This document shows, piece by piece, positions 1-8,740 of a DNA stretch of 24,000 bases (the stretch's first letter is position 1; every line of letters starts with the position of its first letter). The stretch is from an uncultured Pirellulales bacterium (GTDB lineage: Bacteria; Planctomycetota; Phycisphaerae; Sedimentisphaerales; Anaerohalosphaeraceae). Both the position numbers and the translations under genes were made by a program. The notes below the pieces were generated by a model. That model was not told where the DNA came from. It saw only the letters and a list, made by a program, of their open reading frames with translations, and ran no database searches. Where the stretch lies: positions 14,707 through 38,706 of the forward strand of contig CAZYQN010000014.1 in assembly GCA_964649955.1 (NCBI GenBank). Direction: 5' to 3'.

Positions 1-34
1 AAATTTTAAACTCTGTGATGAAAGGGTTAATATT

Positions 35-895
35 TTGAGTACGCTGACAAAAATCTTAGTGGTCTTGCTGTCCTTATTTTCCATTTTTCTGTGTGGTATG
101 ATGGTCACCTTCGTCGGCAGCGCAAAGAACTACAAAAGGGAGTACATCGAGCAGCAAAAGAATGCCCAGTACGCCCAGAAAGAGCTTGCCAAAAAAGACG
201 AGCTGTTCAATGCCCAGGTTAATAAGTTTAAAGGTCTGGAAGCCGAGCTACAGGAAAAAATTCTGACGCTGGAGTCCGAGAAGAACGTTCTTGTTGCGGA
301 CCTTCGCAAGACCGAACGCTTGAGCGCTCAGTACCAGAGCCAAGCGGATAGCTGGAAAGGCGTCATGACAGGGTTCGAACAGAGTGTTCGCGGCTTGCAG
401 GCATCCCTGCAGCAGACCCAGCAGCAGCTTGACACAGCCCGCGCACAGGGTATCAAGGATCAGAAAGAATTAAACCAGATCACCGCCGATCTGTATGCCA
501 AAATTGTTCAGCTTCAGTCTCTGGAGGCAGAGCGACGGCGTCTTCTGGAACAAAAGACCGAGCTTGAAAAGCAGGTCACCAGTCTAAGCACCGGAGCAGG
601 GCCGGTTGAAGTACGACCGGTGACTCCGCTGGTCCGTACGGCAACGCCGGTTTCTGAGCCGACGGCAGCGGCGGACATTAAAGGAGTGATCGTCGATGTG
701 AGTGAGAACCTCGTACACCTGTCCGTCGGTTCTGCGGACGGCGTTCGTGAAAACATGGTTTTTCATATCACACGCGGTGAGCAGTTCCTGTGCGATGTCG
801 TGGTCACCAACATCGACATCAATCAGAGTGCCGGAGTCCTGCAGCTTATTCAGCAGCAGCCTCGTGTCGGCGACACCGCAAGCACTCAACTCTAA
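35..895 (+). CDS. membrane-anchored coiled-coil protein with MreC-like C-terminal beta-rich domain (hypothetical)
   Basis: 286-aa ORF with a TTG start at 35, 9 nt after GAAAGGG (19-25). The frame is open to the window edge but has no upstream start codon. The N-terminal TM helix is ILVVLLSLFSIFLCGMMVTFVG. It is followed by about 150 aa of Q/E/K/L heptad-like sequence, a Pro/Thr/Val linker, and a C-terminal segment LVHLSVGSADGVRENMVFHITRGEQFLCDVVV that resembles the GSVDGIQPGNYV segment of the MreC at 2285-3121. No named family recognised. Confidence 0.6.
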   Translation: MSTLTKILVVLLSLFSIFLCGMMVTFVGSAKNYKREYIEQQKNAQYAQKELAKKDELFNAQVNKFKGLEAELQEKILTLESEKNVLVADLRKTERLSAQYQSQADSWKGVMTGFEQSVRGLQASLQQTQQQLDTARAQGIKDQKELNQITADLYAKIVQLQSLEAERRRLLEQKTELEKQVTSLSTGAGPVEVRPVTPLVRTATPVSEPTAAADIKGVIVDVSENLVHLSVGSADGVRENMVFHITRGEQFLCDVVVTNIDINQSAGVLQLIQQQPRVGDTASTQL

Positions 896-912
896 CGGGA
901 TATGCAGACTTT

Positions 913-1065
913 ATGGCGAAAAAAAATTTCACAGCAAGCAGCGACGTTTATACGGCCATTTTAGCGCTGGCATCCCTGACCGTGTTATCCACGGCAGTGT
1001 TTGTTGCGGTAAAATGTTCGTCGTTTTATGGAACTTTATTTTCGATTGCCCAAGCCGCGCGTTAA
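913..1065 (+). CDS. possible small single-pass membrane protein (50 aa)
   Basis: Internal ATG of the 790..1065 ORF gives MAKKNFTASSDVYTAILALASLTVLSTAVFVAVKCSSFYGTLFSIAQAAR, with one clear hydrophobic helix. It fills an otherwise empty 260-bp gap upstream of mreB. There is no convincing SD, so support is weak. Confidence 0.3.
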   Translation: MAKKNFTASSDVYTAILALASLTVLSTAVFVAVKCSSFYGTLFSIAQAAR

Positions 1066-1169
1066 CCCGACGAAGACCGGCGTAGTCTGAGGCTGCGACA
1101 TCGCCATTTTTCAGGCGACCGCCTGGATTGGGGCAACGACGCCGGTAATCCATATTGAAGGGAGTCACA

Positions 1170-2219
1170 GTGATAGACACAGTTCTGGGTTGGTTCAGCA
1201 AGGACATGGGTATTGACTTGGGTACTTGCAATACCCTGGTATGTGTTCGCAACGAAGGCATTGTCCTGAATGAACCGTCGGTGGTCGCAGTTCGCAAAGG
1301 GACCAATATCGTTTTGAACAACGGGGAAGCTGTAGGCCTTGTTGCCAAAGACATGCTCGGTAAAACCCCGGGATCCATCACCGCCATTCGTCCCCTGAAA
1401 GACGGGGTCATCAGCGATTTTGAAATCACCGAAAAAATGCTCAGCTATTTCATCCGCAAGGTACACGGACGGAAAGGCTTTTTCAATCCCCGAGTCGTCA
1501 TCGCAGTGCCCAGCGGTATAACGGCGGTGGAACGCCGTGCGGTCATTGACAGCGCCGAACGGGCGGGGGCACGAAAGGTTTTTCTGGTCGATGAACCGAT
1601 GGCGGCGGGCATCGGGGCGGGGCTTCCCATCACAGAGCCAACCGGTTCGATGATCGTCGATATCGGCGGCGGGACCACGGAAGTAGCCATTATCAGCCTG
1701 GCGGATATCAGCACCTGCGAATCCATTCGCATCGGGGGCGATAATTTTGACGAGGCATTAATCGGCCACCTGAAGAAGACGTATAACCTGCTGATCGGGG
1801 AATCCCGCGCCGAACAGGTTAAGATACAGATCGGCTCAGCCGCCCCGCTGGAGCAGGAAATGACGATGGAAATCGCCGGGCGTGATACCATCTCGGGGCT
1901 TCCCCGGAAAATCGTTATTACCAGCGAGGAAATTCGAGAAGCGTTTCGGGAACCGATCGCCGGGATCATCGAAGCGGTTATGCGGACACTTGAGCGGGCC
2001 GAGCCGGAATTGGCGGCGGACCTGATCGAAAACGGCGTTACCCTCGCGGGCGGCGGTTCTCTGCTGCGCGGAATGGATAAGGTACTGTCCAATGCGACCG
2101 GACTCCGTGTGATCCATGCCGAAGATCCGCTGACGTGCGTTGCTCGCGGCACAAGCGTTTATCTTGAAAATCTTGAGTTATGGAAAGATACGCTGGATTC
2201 TTCCGGAACCGCCTGGTAA
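1170..2219 (+). CDS. mreB: rod shape-determining actin homologue MreB
   Basis: Actin-fold ATPase motifs are present: DLGTCNT (phosphate 1), DIGGGTTEVA (phosphate 2) and LAGGGSLLRGMD (adenosine). The GTG at 1170 lies 5 nt after GAAGGGAG (1157-1164) and gives MIDTVLGWFSKDMGIDLG, a typical MreB N-terminus. The ORF-track start at TTG 1155 is an alternative. Confidence 0.95.
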   Translation: MIDTVLGWFSKDMGIDLGTCNTLVCVRNEGIVLNEPSVVAVRKGTNIVLNNGEAVGLVAKDMLGKTPGSITAIRPLKDGVISDFEITEKMLSYFIRKVHGRKGFFNPRVVIAVPSGITAVERRAVIDSAERAGARKVFLVDEPMAAGIGAGLPITEPTGSMIVDIGGGTTEVAIISLADISTCESIRIGGDNFDEALIGHLKKTYNLLIGESRAEQVKIQIGSAAPLEQEMTMEIAGRDTISGLPRKIVITSEEIREAFREPIAGIIEAVMRTLERAEPELAADLIENGVTLAGGGSLLRGMDKVLSNATGLRVIHAEDPLTCVARGTSVYLENLELWKDTLDSSGTAW

Positions 2220-2284
2220 TATCCCGGTTGGCGGTGATTCGGGTGCGGATGTCGAATTGAAACCCTAAGATCACAGACTTTTTT

Positions 2285-3121
2285 ATGGCAGGCAGACATT
2301 TTCATCTATCGAACGGCGCAGTTTTTATTTTGCTGCTCATGGCCGGATTTGTACTGCTGCTGTCGCCCCGTTCGATCACTCAAAAAATCAACTTTCTGTT
2401 TGCCGAAACCTTTTCTCCCCTGCTGCGGATCGGCCGGCAGTTTCAACTTGAAAACGCCGCTATGCCGGGGCCTGACGCTCAAACGGTTTCCCGCGAAGAA
2501 CACAACAAGCTGTGGAAAAACTACAAGAATCTTCATTCGCAGCTTCTGAAGCTTCAGGAGAATTATGAGTTGGTAACGCACATTCGAAGCGGACTGCCGC
2601 GATTTTACAGCGGTTTGGCCGTTGCTGAAGTGACCGGACAGGGAAGCGGACTAAGCCAGGAACTGCTGATCAACAGGGGAAGCGTTGACGGGATTCAGCC
2701 CGGAAACTATGTGATGAGTCCGGGGCAGAACAGCATTATCGGGATTGTTCGGGAAACGTCAGACCAAATGGCCCGCGTCCGACTTTTGACCGATGCCAAC
2801 CAAAGCATTGAAATCCGCATCCGCCGGGACGGTACCGGTCAGGATATCGGGGCGCTAATGTTCGGCAACGGCAAACGCGGGTGCACTATTTCTATGGTAG
2901 AACGTGAAAAAGATATTCGAACAGGAGATGCCGTTTATGCGGCCGCCCGTACGGGGGTGCTGGAGATTCCGATGATCATCGGCGAAGTAACGGAGGTACA
3001 GCCGGATGAAGGATCGCCGCTGCTGTGGAAAATCTCCGTACAACCGGCGGAAAATGCATTTACACTAAAGACGATAGCGGTCATCACCACGCCTTCGATA
3101 CCTTCTTCAAAGAAACCCTAA
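2285..3121 (+). CDS. mreC: rod shape-determining protein MreC
   Basis: Lies immediately after mreB. It has an N-terminal TM (AVFILLLMAGFVLLLS), a short coiled coil (HNKLWKNYKNLHSQLLKLQENYELV) and beta-domain repeats with the G-S-x-D-G-I pattern and IGIVRETSDQMARVRLLTD. Synteny is mreB-mreC-mreD. Confidence 0.85.
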   Translation: MAGRHFHLSNGAVFILLLMAGFVLLLSPRSITQKINFLFAETFSPLLRIGRQFQLENAAMPGPDAQTVSREEHNKLWKNYKNLHSQLLKLQENYELVTHIRSGLPRFYSGLAVAEVTGQGSGLSQELLINRGSVDGIQPGNYVMSPGQNSIIGIVRETSDQMARVRLLTDANQSIEIRIRRDGTGQDIGALMFGNGKRGCTISMVEREKDIRTGDAVYAAARTGVLEIPMIIGEVTEVQPDEGSPLLWKISVQPAENAFTLKTIAVITTPSIPSSKKP

Positions 3122-3124
3122 ACA

Positions 3125-3643
3125 ATGCGATGGATACCCTTTATACTGCTGGTTCTGGTCGGCGCCCTGCTTGAGGGGGGCAACCTGCTGAATCTGGTTG
3201 CGGTGGGCGACTGGCATATCCGGCCTGCAATACTGATCGTGCTGCTGGTGTTTTTTACGACGCATTGCCGGCCGCATGAGGCGATCATTGCCTCGTTTAT
3301 CATCGGCCTGGGAATGGATGTCTCCGGCAACCAAATGGGGCCTTATACCATCAGTTACTGCCTGATCGGCGGATTGCTTAATCAACTCAGCGACCATTTT
3401 CCGACCCGTCGGGTGTTCCACCAGGCGACGGTCATTCTGGCGGTGTATCTGGTCACCTCCATCGTTGCCTATTGGCTGGTTGTATTAAAAACCGGAGAAC
3501 GGCAGGACTATGCTTATCAAATCTTTTTATTCACAGGACTTTATTCAGCCGTTGTCGGTCCGATGCTGTGGCGGCCGATCTTGAAAATCAACCGAATGAT
3601 CGCACTGCGAATACCACGCGCAGAACGGGGGTACTTAAGGTAA
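3125..3643 (+). CDS. mreD: rod shape-determining protein MreD
   Basis: 172-aa polytopic hydrophobic protein starting 3 nt after the mreC stop. Size, position and multi-TM profile are typical of MreD. Confidence 0.75.
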   Translation: MRWIPFILLVLVGALLEGGNLLNLVAVGDWHIRPAILIVLLVFFTTHCRPHEAIIASFIIGLGMDVSGNQMGPYTISYCLIGGLLNQLSDHFPTRRVFHQATVILAVYLVTSIVAYWLVVLKTGERQDYAYQIFLFTGLYSAVVGPMLWRPILKINRMIALRIPRAERGYLR

Positions 3644-3728
3644 GAAGGAGTCAGAATCGGGACCCGGGAAGCCATGATCCAGCCTTTGGCGGTCAATTTG
3701 AATTTGAGAAACAAAGACTAATGATTCA

Positions 3729-5870
3729 ATGTACTATCTGCGTTTAAAAATATTTGTCGGGTTGTGTATCGCGGTATTAGCAGTCGCACTGGTCCGTTTG
3801 GCCTATCTTCAACTACTCTGTGCCGAGCAAGCACGCCTTATTGTCAGTGAGATGCGGATCAAACCTGCCACCCGTCTGCCGACGCTTCGGGGCAAGATTT
3901 TCGACCGCAACGGTCAACCCCTGGCGCTGGATCGTCCATCGTTTTCGCTGCACATCAGTTATGAATTGACCTGCCATGCAGATACACGCTGGCAGGAAGG
4001 TCATATCCTTCGTCAAATCAATGAGACTATGTCACAGCGTGAAGCAGAAGAGGCCATGCAAAAGGCGTGGGCCGACCGTCAGCAACTTCTGCGTCATGCA
4101 GTGGAACTGGCAACACGTCTGGGAAACGTGCCGCGTGATGAAATCGAATCGCGGATAGAGGAAATCAACAACCGCATCTGGGAACTGGCCCGGTATCTGT
4201 GGTGGCGGCAACGGAATCCCGGCCGGGATATCGCCGAGTACCGCGCACAGCGAGAGCGTATTTCTCCGGCGCAGATCGTGCGAATGGATCTGCGGGAGAT
4301 GTATGACTTTTATCCGCTGATTGAACTGCCTGATGAAAAAGCCCTTTTGGAGGCCCAGCTTGAGCTGGTTCATATGGAAGGCCTCAGTATCCGCCCCGAA
4401 CCCAAGCGGTCGTATCCGTACGGAACAACGGCGTGCCAATTGCTCGGATGGGTCGGACCGGGACAGGAACGGGAACTGGAACTTTTCGAGGATGATGAAT
4501 ACCAGCGGTATCTGGAAGGTGAAGTGCTCGGAAAAGAGGGAATTGAAAAAGCCTTTGAACCGCTGCTGCGCGGCCGGAGAGGACAAGTTGTTTATGACAA
4601 AGACGGCAATGAGCTGTCGCGTATTGAACCCCAGTACGGCAACGATGTGTATTTAACTTTGGATGTTGAACTCCAACAGAAAATTGAACACTACTTACTT
4701 GATCCGCGGTTGAATGAAAACGCCAATCGACCCTGCGCGGCTGTGGTGCTGGACGGGGCAACCAACGATATACTGGCGGCAGTTTCAATCCCGGTATTTG
4801 ATCTTAATACCGTACGCCGACAGTACGACCGTCTTCGCAACGATCCCAACACCCCTCTGAGACACAGGGCGCTTGAAGAGAATTATCCGCCCGGGTCAAC
4901 CGCCAAACCGCTGGTCTTGCTGATCGGACTGGAAGAGGGAAAAATCCGGGCCGATGAGATCATTCACTGCACTTTTACCCCGCCGTCCCAGGGCTGGCCG
5001 CGATGTCTTCTTCAGCGGATGGGGTATTGTCATGATGCCCGGTGGGAATTTGAAGGCGGCAACAATGCCCGCAATGCGCTGCGAGGAAGCTGCAATATCT
5101 ACTTTTCACAACTGGCGCATCGACTGAGCGGAAAAACCCTGCAGTCGCGACTGTTTGAACTGGGGTTCGGTCAGCCCGTATTGAAGCTTCAATTCCCTGA
5201 CTCTTTTACTACAGCTAACCCGCTTTTTTCTTCAACGAACCCAACCCTGCGTCAAAGTTACGGCCGTTTGACTGATGGAATTCAACATCAACCGGCTGAA
5301 AATGCGGAGTCGATCCCCCCCATACGAAACGACTGGGAGCGAAAATTCTGGGGTATCGGCCAGGGAAATCTCCGGGCAACTGTACTTCAGGTCGCCAATG
5401 CTTTGGCGGCAATTGCCCGGAACGGTGTTTATAAAACGCCCCGTCTGGTGATGGACGAAACGGATTTTTTTAATGAGCGTCACCAACGCCAACTCAATTT
5501 CTCCCTACAAACGTTTAAAGTGGTGCGGGATGGGATGGCGGCGGTGGTCAATGAAGAAGGCGGCAGTGCCTACCGGGTTTTCCACAGGAGCGAGCTGTTT
5601 GAACGCGGCCTGAAAATATTCGGCAAAACCGGCTCAACCCAAAATCCTGAACATGCCTGGTTTGAATGTTTTGCTGAAGATAAGGCCGGCCGGCTGATCG
5701 TGTTGGCGGTTCTTGTGGAAGGCGGTGCCCGCGGGTCAGATGATGCTGCGCCGCTGGGCCATGCGATCTTGAAACTGTGCAGTGATATAGGGTATATCGG
5801 GGAACGGCCGATCAACGCCGAGGCGTCGTCTTCTTCGGCAACTGGGGTTCGGGCGCCGGATGCTCGATAA
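3729..5870 (+). CDS. mrdA: class B penicillin-binding protein 2 (elongasome D,D-transpeptidase)
   Basis: Has an N-terminal TM anchor. Transpeptidase motifs are SxxK (PGSTAKP), SxN (GSCNIYF) and KTG (GKTGST). It follows mreBCD. At 713 aa it has insertions (for example about 45 aa between GFGQP and GIGQG) and a Ser-rich tail. Confidence 0.9.
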   Translation: MYYLRLKIFVGLCIAVLAVALVRLAYLQLLCAEQARLIVSEMRIKPATRLPTLRGKIFDRNGQPLALDRPSFSLHISYELTCHADTRWQEGHILRQINETMSQREAEEAMQKAWADRQQLLRHAVELATRLGNVPRDEIESRIEEINNRIWELARYLWWRQRNPGRDIAEYRAQRERISPAQIVRMDLREMYDFYPLIELPDEKALLEAQLELVHMEGLSIRPEPKRSYPYGTTACQLLGWVGPGQERELELFEDDEYQRYLEGEVLGKEGIEKAFEPLLRGRRGQVVYDKDGNELSRIEPQYGNDVYLTLDVELQQKIEHYLLDPRLNENANRPCAAVVLDGATNDILAAVSIPVFDLNTVRRQYDRLRNDPNTPLRHRALEENYPPGSTAKPLVLLIGLEEGKIRADEIIHCTFTPPSQGWPRCLLQRMGYCHDARWEFEGGNNARNALRGSCNIYFSQLAHRLSGKTLQSRLFELGFGQPVLKLQFPDSFTTANPLFSSTNPTLRQSYGRLTDGIQHQPAENAESIPPIRNDWERKFWGIGQGNLRATVLQVANALAAIARNGVYKTPRLVMDETDFFNERHQRQLNFSLQTFKVVRDGMAAVVNEEGGSAYRVFHRSELFERGLKIFGKTGSTQNPEHAWFECFAEDKAGRLIVLAVLVEGGARGSDDAAPLGHAILKLCSDIGYIGERPINAEASSSSATGVRAPDAR

Positions 5871-7563
5871 CACCCATATACGGCAGTATGTTTTCAAGAA
5901 TTTCCCTGGCAACGGGAGCAGCGACACGCCCTCCGCTATAGCCTTTGCCCAGCGAACGGTTAGGTTTTCGAATAGAGACCAGCACCACTACCGCAGGCTT
6001 ATCGGCCGGAGCACCGCCGACAAATGATGAGACATAATTGCTGGTATCGTATCCTCCGCCCGGCGTAGAAATGTTGGCTGTACCTGTTTTTCCCCAGACA
6101 CGGCAGTTTTTCATCTTTGCTTGATCGCCGGTGCCCTCTTCAACAACGCCGGTCAGAGCCTTCTGCACAATCCATTCTGCGACTTCAGGTTTTAAGACAT
6201 AACCGGCGCCGGTGCTGGGTTGTTTGTATTCCGTGATTTTTCCGCTGCGATCGACCACGGCACGTACCACGTGGGGCCGGACAATGCTGCCGCCGTTGGC
6301 TAAAATACAGTACGCCCGCGCCACCTGAAGTGCAGTGACGGAGACTTCATGGCCAAAGGGGATACGGGTCACACTCCAGCCGCTCCAGTTTTTGACGGGG
6401 TGGAATATCCCTGCCTCCTCACCGGGCATATCAACACCGGTGGGAGAACCGAAGCCAAACAGACGAACCCCGTCATGAAGCTTTTTTTGACCCATCTTAA
6501 GACCCATTTTTGCCATTCCGACGTTGCTGGAATGAATCAGAATTTCACGTACGGAAAGCACGCCGTAACGATGATTGCCAAATTCTCCGATGCGGTAACG
6601 GGCAAAATAACCGTCTTCACAATCGAATTTTTCATTGTAACCGATAATCCCGCTGTCTATGCCTATTGCAGCAACGATAGGCTTAAAAATACTGCCCGGC
6701 TCATAGACATCACTGAGGATTCGATTCTTCATTTTGTCGGGATGTGTTCTGGAGAATTGGTCGGGATCAAAGTCCGGCAATGAAACCATTGCCAGAATAG
6801 ATCCTGTCCAGGGGTTCATAACCAGTCCGATGGCGGATTCGGCCTCGTATTCTGTCATTTTTTTCTGTAATGCAACGCGTACAAATTCCTGAATGGTTGC
6901 ATCGATGGTTAAAATCAGGCTTTGTCCATCAACGCTTTCGACGCGGTCCGCCAATGATGCAGCAATCGGGCGACGCAATGCATCCACTACAAAAACACTT
7001 TTACCCTCACTGCCCCGCAGCAACTTGTCATAGCGTAATTCGAGTCCTGCCAGCCCGGTTTGTTCGGCTCCGATAAAGCCGACGATATGCCCGGTAAGGT
7101 ATCCGCCGGGATAGTAGCGTTTCCAGCGGGATTCGACACTGATGCCGGGAATCCGTGCTTTCATAATGGCATCCCGGGTAATGGCATCGATATCCGAGAC
7201 AATCGGTGCATATCCTTTGTTGGACGCATCATAGATGATACCGCAGATTTCGTGGCCGGGAATATGAAGGACATCCTGCAGTTGGAAGGCGGCGGCTTTA
7301 ACCGCCTCAGAATTTTCAAACCGTCGAGGCTCTGCAAAAACCGTATAGCTGATGTTGCTGGCCGCCAGCAAGCGGCCCCGCGAATCCACGATGAAACCCC
7401 GCTGGGCTCGTTCCGGAATGACGGCATTCTGCTGACGCTGGCTGGCCTGTTCAAAGGAAGCAGACTTGACATATTGGAGGAAAAAAAGCCGCCAGATGAG
7501 CAATCCAAACGCAACAGACAACAGTCCAAGCCCCAGAATCAAACTATAAAACTGGCGTTTCAT
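5812..7563 (-). CDS. ftsI: class B penicillin-binding protein 3 / FtsI (divisome D,D-transpeptidase)
   Basis: Has an N-terminal TM anchor. Motifs are SxxK (PGSIFKP), SxN (HSSNVG) and KTG (GKTGTA). It lies directly downstream of the ftsL-like gene in dcw order. Confidence 0.9.
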   Translation of the reverse strand: MKRQFYSLILGLGLLSVAFGLLIWRLFFLQYVKSASFEQASQRQQNAVIPERAQRGFIVDSRGRLLAASNISYTVFAEPRRFENSEAVKAAAFQLQDVLHIPGHEICGIIYDASNKGYAPIVSDIDAITRDAIMKARIPGISVESRWKRYYPGGYLTGHIVGFIGAEQTGLAGLELRYDKLLRGSEGKSVFVVDALRRPIAASLADRVESVDGQSLILTIDATIQEFVRVALQKKMTEYEAESAIGLVMNPWTGSILAMVSLPDFDPDQFSRTHPDKMKNRILSDVYEPGSIFKPIVAAIGIDSGIIGYNEKFDCEDGYFARYRIGEFGNHRYGVLSVREILIHSSNVGMAKMGLKMGQKKLHDGVRLFGFGSPTGVDMPGEEAGIFHPVKNWSGWSVTRIPFGHEVSVTALQVARAYCILANGGSIVRPHVVRAVVDRSGKITEYKQPSTGAGYVLKPEVAEWIVQKALTGVVEEGTGDQAKMKNCRVWGKTGTANISTPGGGYDTSNYVSSFVGGAPADKPAVVVLVSIRKPNRSLGKGYSGGRVAAPVAREILENILPYMGVIEHPAPEPQLPKKTTPRR

Positions 7564-7567
7564 CGGT

Positions 7568-7792
7568 TTATTCCTTTCGGGCAGGCAGCAGCGGCGGAGT
7601 CAGGCCAGCGGGATTAATCAGGCTTTCAAAGCGGAGCTGCTGCTGCCAGAGCTGCTGGGTTATGTGATTCTGCTCAACCATCGCCGAGCGGTACTGATTA
7701 AACAGGCGAACGGAACTGGTTCTCAGATGAACAGTGAATACCAGTGACGCCGTCAGAAAAAACACGATATAGACAAAGCGAGGTCGCGACAT
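7568..7792 (-). CDS. ftsL: FtsL-like small bitopic cell-division protein
   Basis: 74 aa with an N-terminal TM (FVYIVFFLTASLVFTV) followed by a Q/L-rich helix. It stops 4 nt before the ftsI start, the canonical position between rsmH and ftsI. The call is from architecture and synteny only. Confidence 0.55.
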   Translation of the reverse strand: MSRPRFVYIVFFLTASLVFTVHLRTSSVRLFNQYRSAMVEQNHITQQLWQQQLRFESLINPAGLTPPLLPARKE

Positions 7793-7804
7793 TCAACTTT
7801 TATT

Positions 7805-8710
7805 TCATGGGGCAGGAATGAGAATTTTCGTTCCCTGGACAACCTGGTCGGCATTGTTAAGCCGGTCTTTATTCAATTGCACAAGGATGTTGAACTTACG
7901 GCCGTCGCCGAGCGTTTTTTCGGCGATCTTCCAGAGGGTCTCACCTTCCTGAACAACATATTCAACCGTTTTACCATTTGCGGCAGGTTTGGCCGTTAAC
8001 GGTGCGGCAGATCGCTCAAATATATCCGAATGTTTCTGAATCAGTGTTTCAGCCGGTGAAGGACGCGCGGGTGCGGAGGATTTCAGCGACGGAATTACCA
8101 GTTTTTTCCCCACCTCAACTTTATCGGGGGAAGGCAAGACATCTTTATTGGCTTCAAACAACTGTTGAATAACAGCTCGACGATTACCCTCTTGCGGTCC
8201 GTAATATTTTTTGGCAATGCTGGACAGAGTCTCGTCTTTCTGGACAATATGCGTACGGGTATCGGCAGCAAGCGTCCTGGAAGGCTGAACAACCTGCTGT
8301 GCAGCCGGCAGCGGAAGCTGTCCGGCCTGAGCGGCAATGATCGACTGTGCTTGAGGCTGAGGGACGGAGACGGCAGACGTCTGAACCGGCGATGTCTCCG
8401 TTACCGGCGATTGAGCCGCAGAGGTCTCCGGAGCCGAAGCATCGGTTGTTTTGGCCGGCTGATCAAGAACAATCACTTCCTGCGGCGGCTCTGTTGCCCG
8501 AAGAGGAATCCCCGGAATAAGCCTCTGGGCCGTTTCCGTCACACGATGGTCGATCACCAAATCGGGACCCGAAGGGGCAACGATCGTCGTTTTCACCACA
8601 TCGTCAGCGGTCGACGATTGAAGAAATGTCGGCAGCCCGTTGATTAAAAATGCTATCAATACAATAAAAAACAGCCCCAGCAGCAATCCCACCTTGGCAT
8701 CTGCGGTCAT
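7805..8710 (-). CDS. membrane-anchored protein with two LysM peptidoglycan-binding domains
   Basis: The ATG at 8710 is preceded by AAGGAG (reverse complement of 8719-8724) at 8 nt; the ORF-track start at 8731 is an alternative. It has a TM (VGLLLGLFFIVLIAFLING) and a P/A/Q/S/T-rich linker. The two LysM-like units are HIVQKDETLSSIAKKYYG...GKKLVIP and YVVQEGETLWKIAEKTLGDG...GTKILIP. Confidence 0.8.
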   Translation of the reverse strand: MTADAKVGLLLGLFFIVLIAFLINGLPTFLQSSTADDVVKTTIVAPSGPDLVIDHRVTETAQRLIPGIPLRATEPPQEVIVLDQPAKTTDASAPETSAAQSPVTETSPVQTSAVSVPQPQAQSIIAAQAGQLPLPAAQQVVQPSRTLAADTRTHIVQKDETLSSIAKKYYGPQEGNRRAVIQQLFEANKDVLPSPDKVEVGKKLVIPSLKSSAPARPSPAETLIQKHSDIFERSAAPLTAKPAANGKTVEYVVQEGETLWKIAEKTLGDGRKFNILVQLNKDRLNNADQVVQGTKILIPAP

Positions 8711-8740
8711 TTGGACAACTCCTTTATCCATACTCTACTC

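Noticed and set aside
1445-2152. 235-aa minus-strand ORF fully inside mreB
   Set aside because: It is a shadow ORF antisense to a highly conserved gene. The product is Ser/Arg/Pro/Ala-rich low complexity typical of antisense frames in GC-moderate DNA, with no SD.
5817-5839. GC hairpin (GCCGAGG-N9-CTTCGGC) inside the mrdA/ftsI overlap as a bidirectional terminator
   Set aside because: It is only 7 bp including a G-U pair and has no U-tract on either strand. It is kept only as a note within the overlap finding.
7060-7617. 185-aa plus-strand ORF and 122-aa minus-strand alternative frame within ftsI
   Set aside because: FtsI motifs (SxxK, SxN, KTG) unambiguously define the coding frame, and the others lack any signal.
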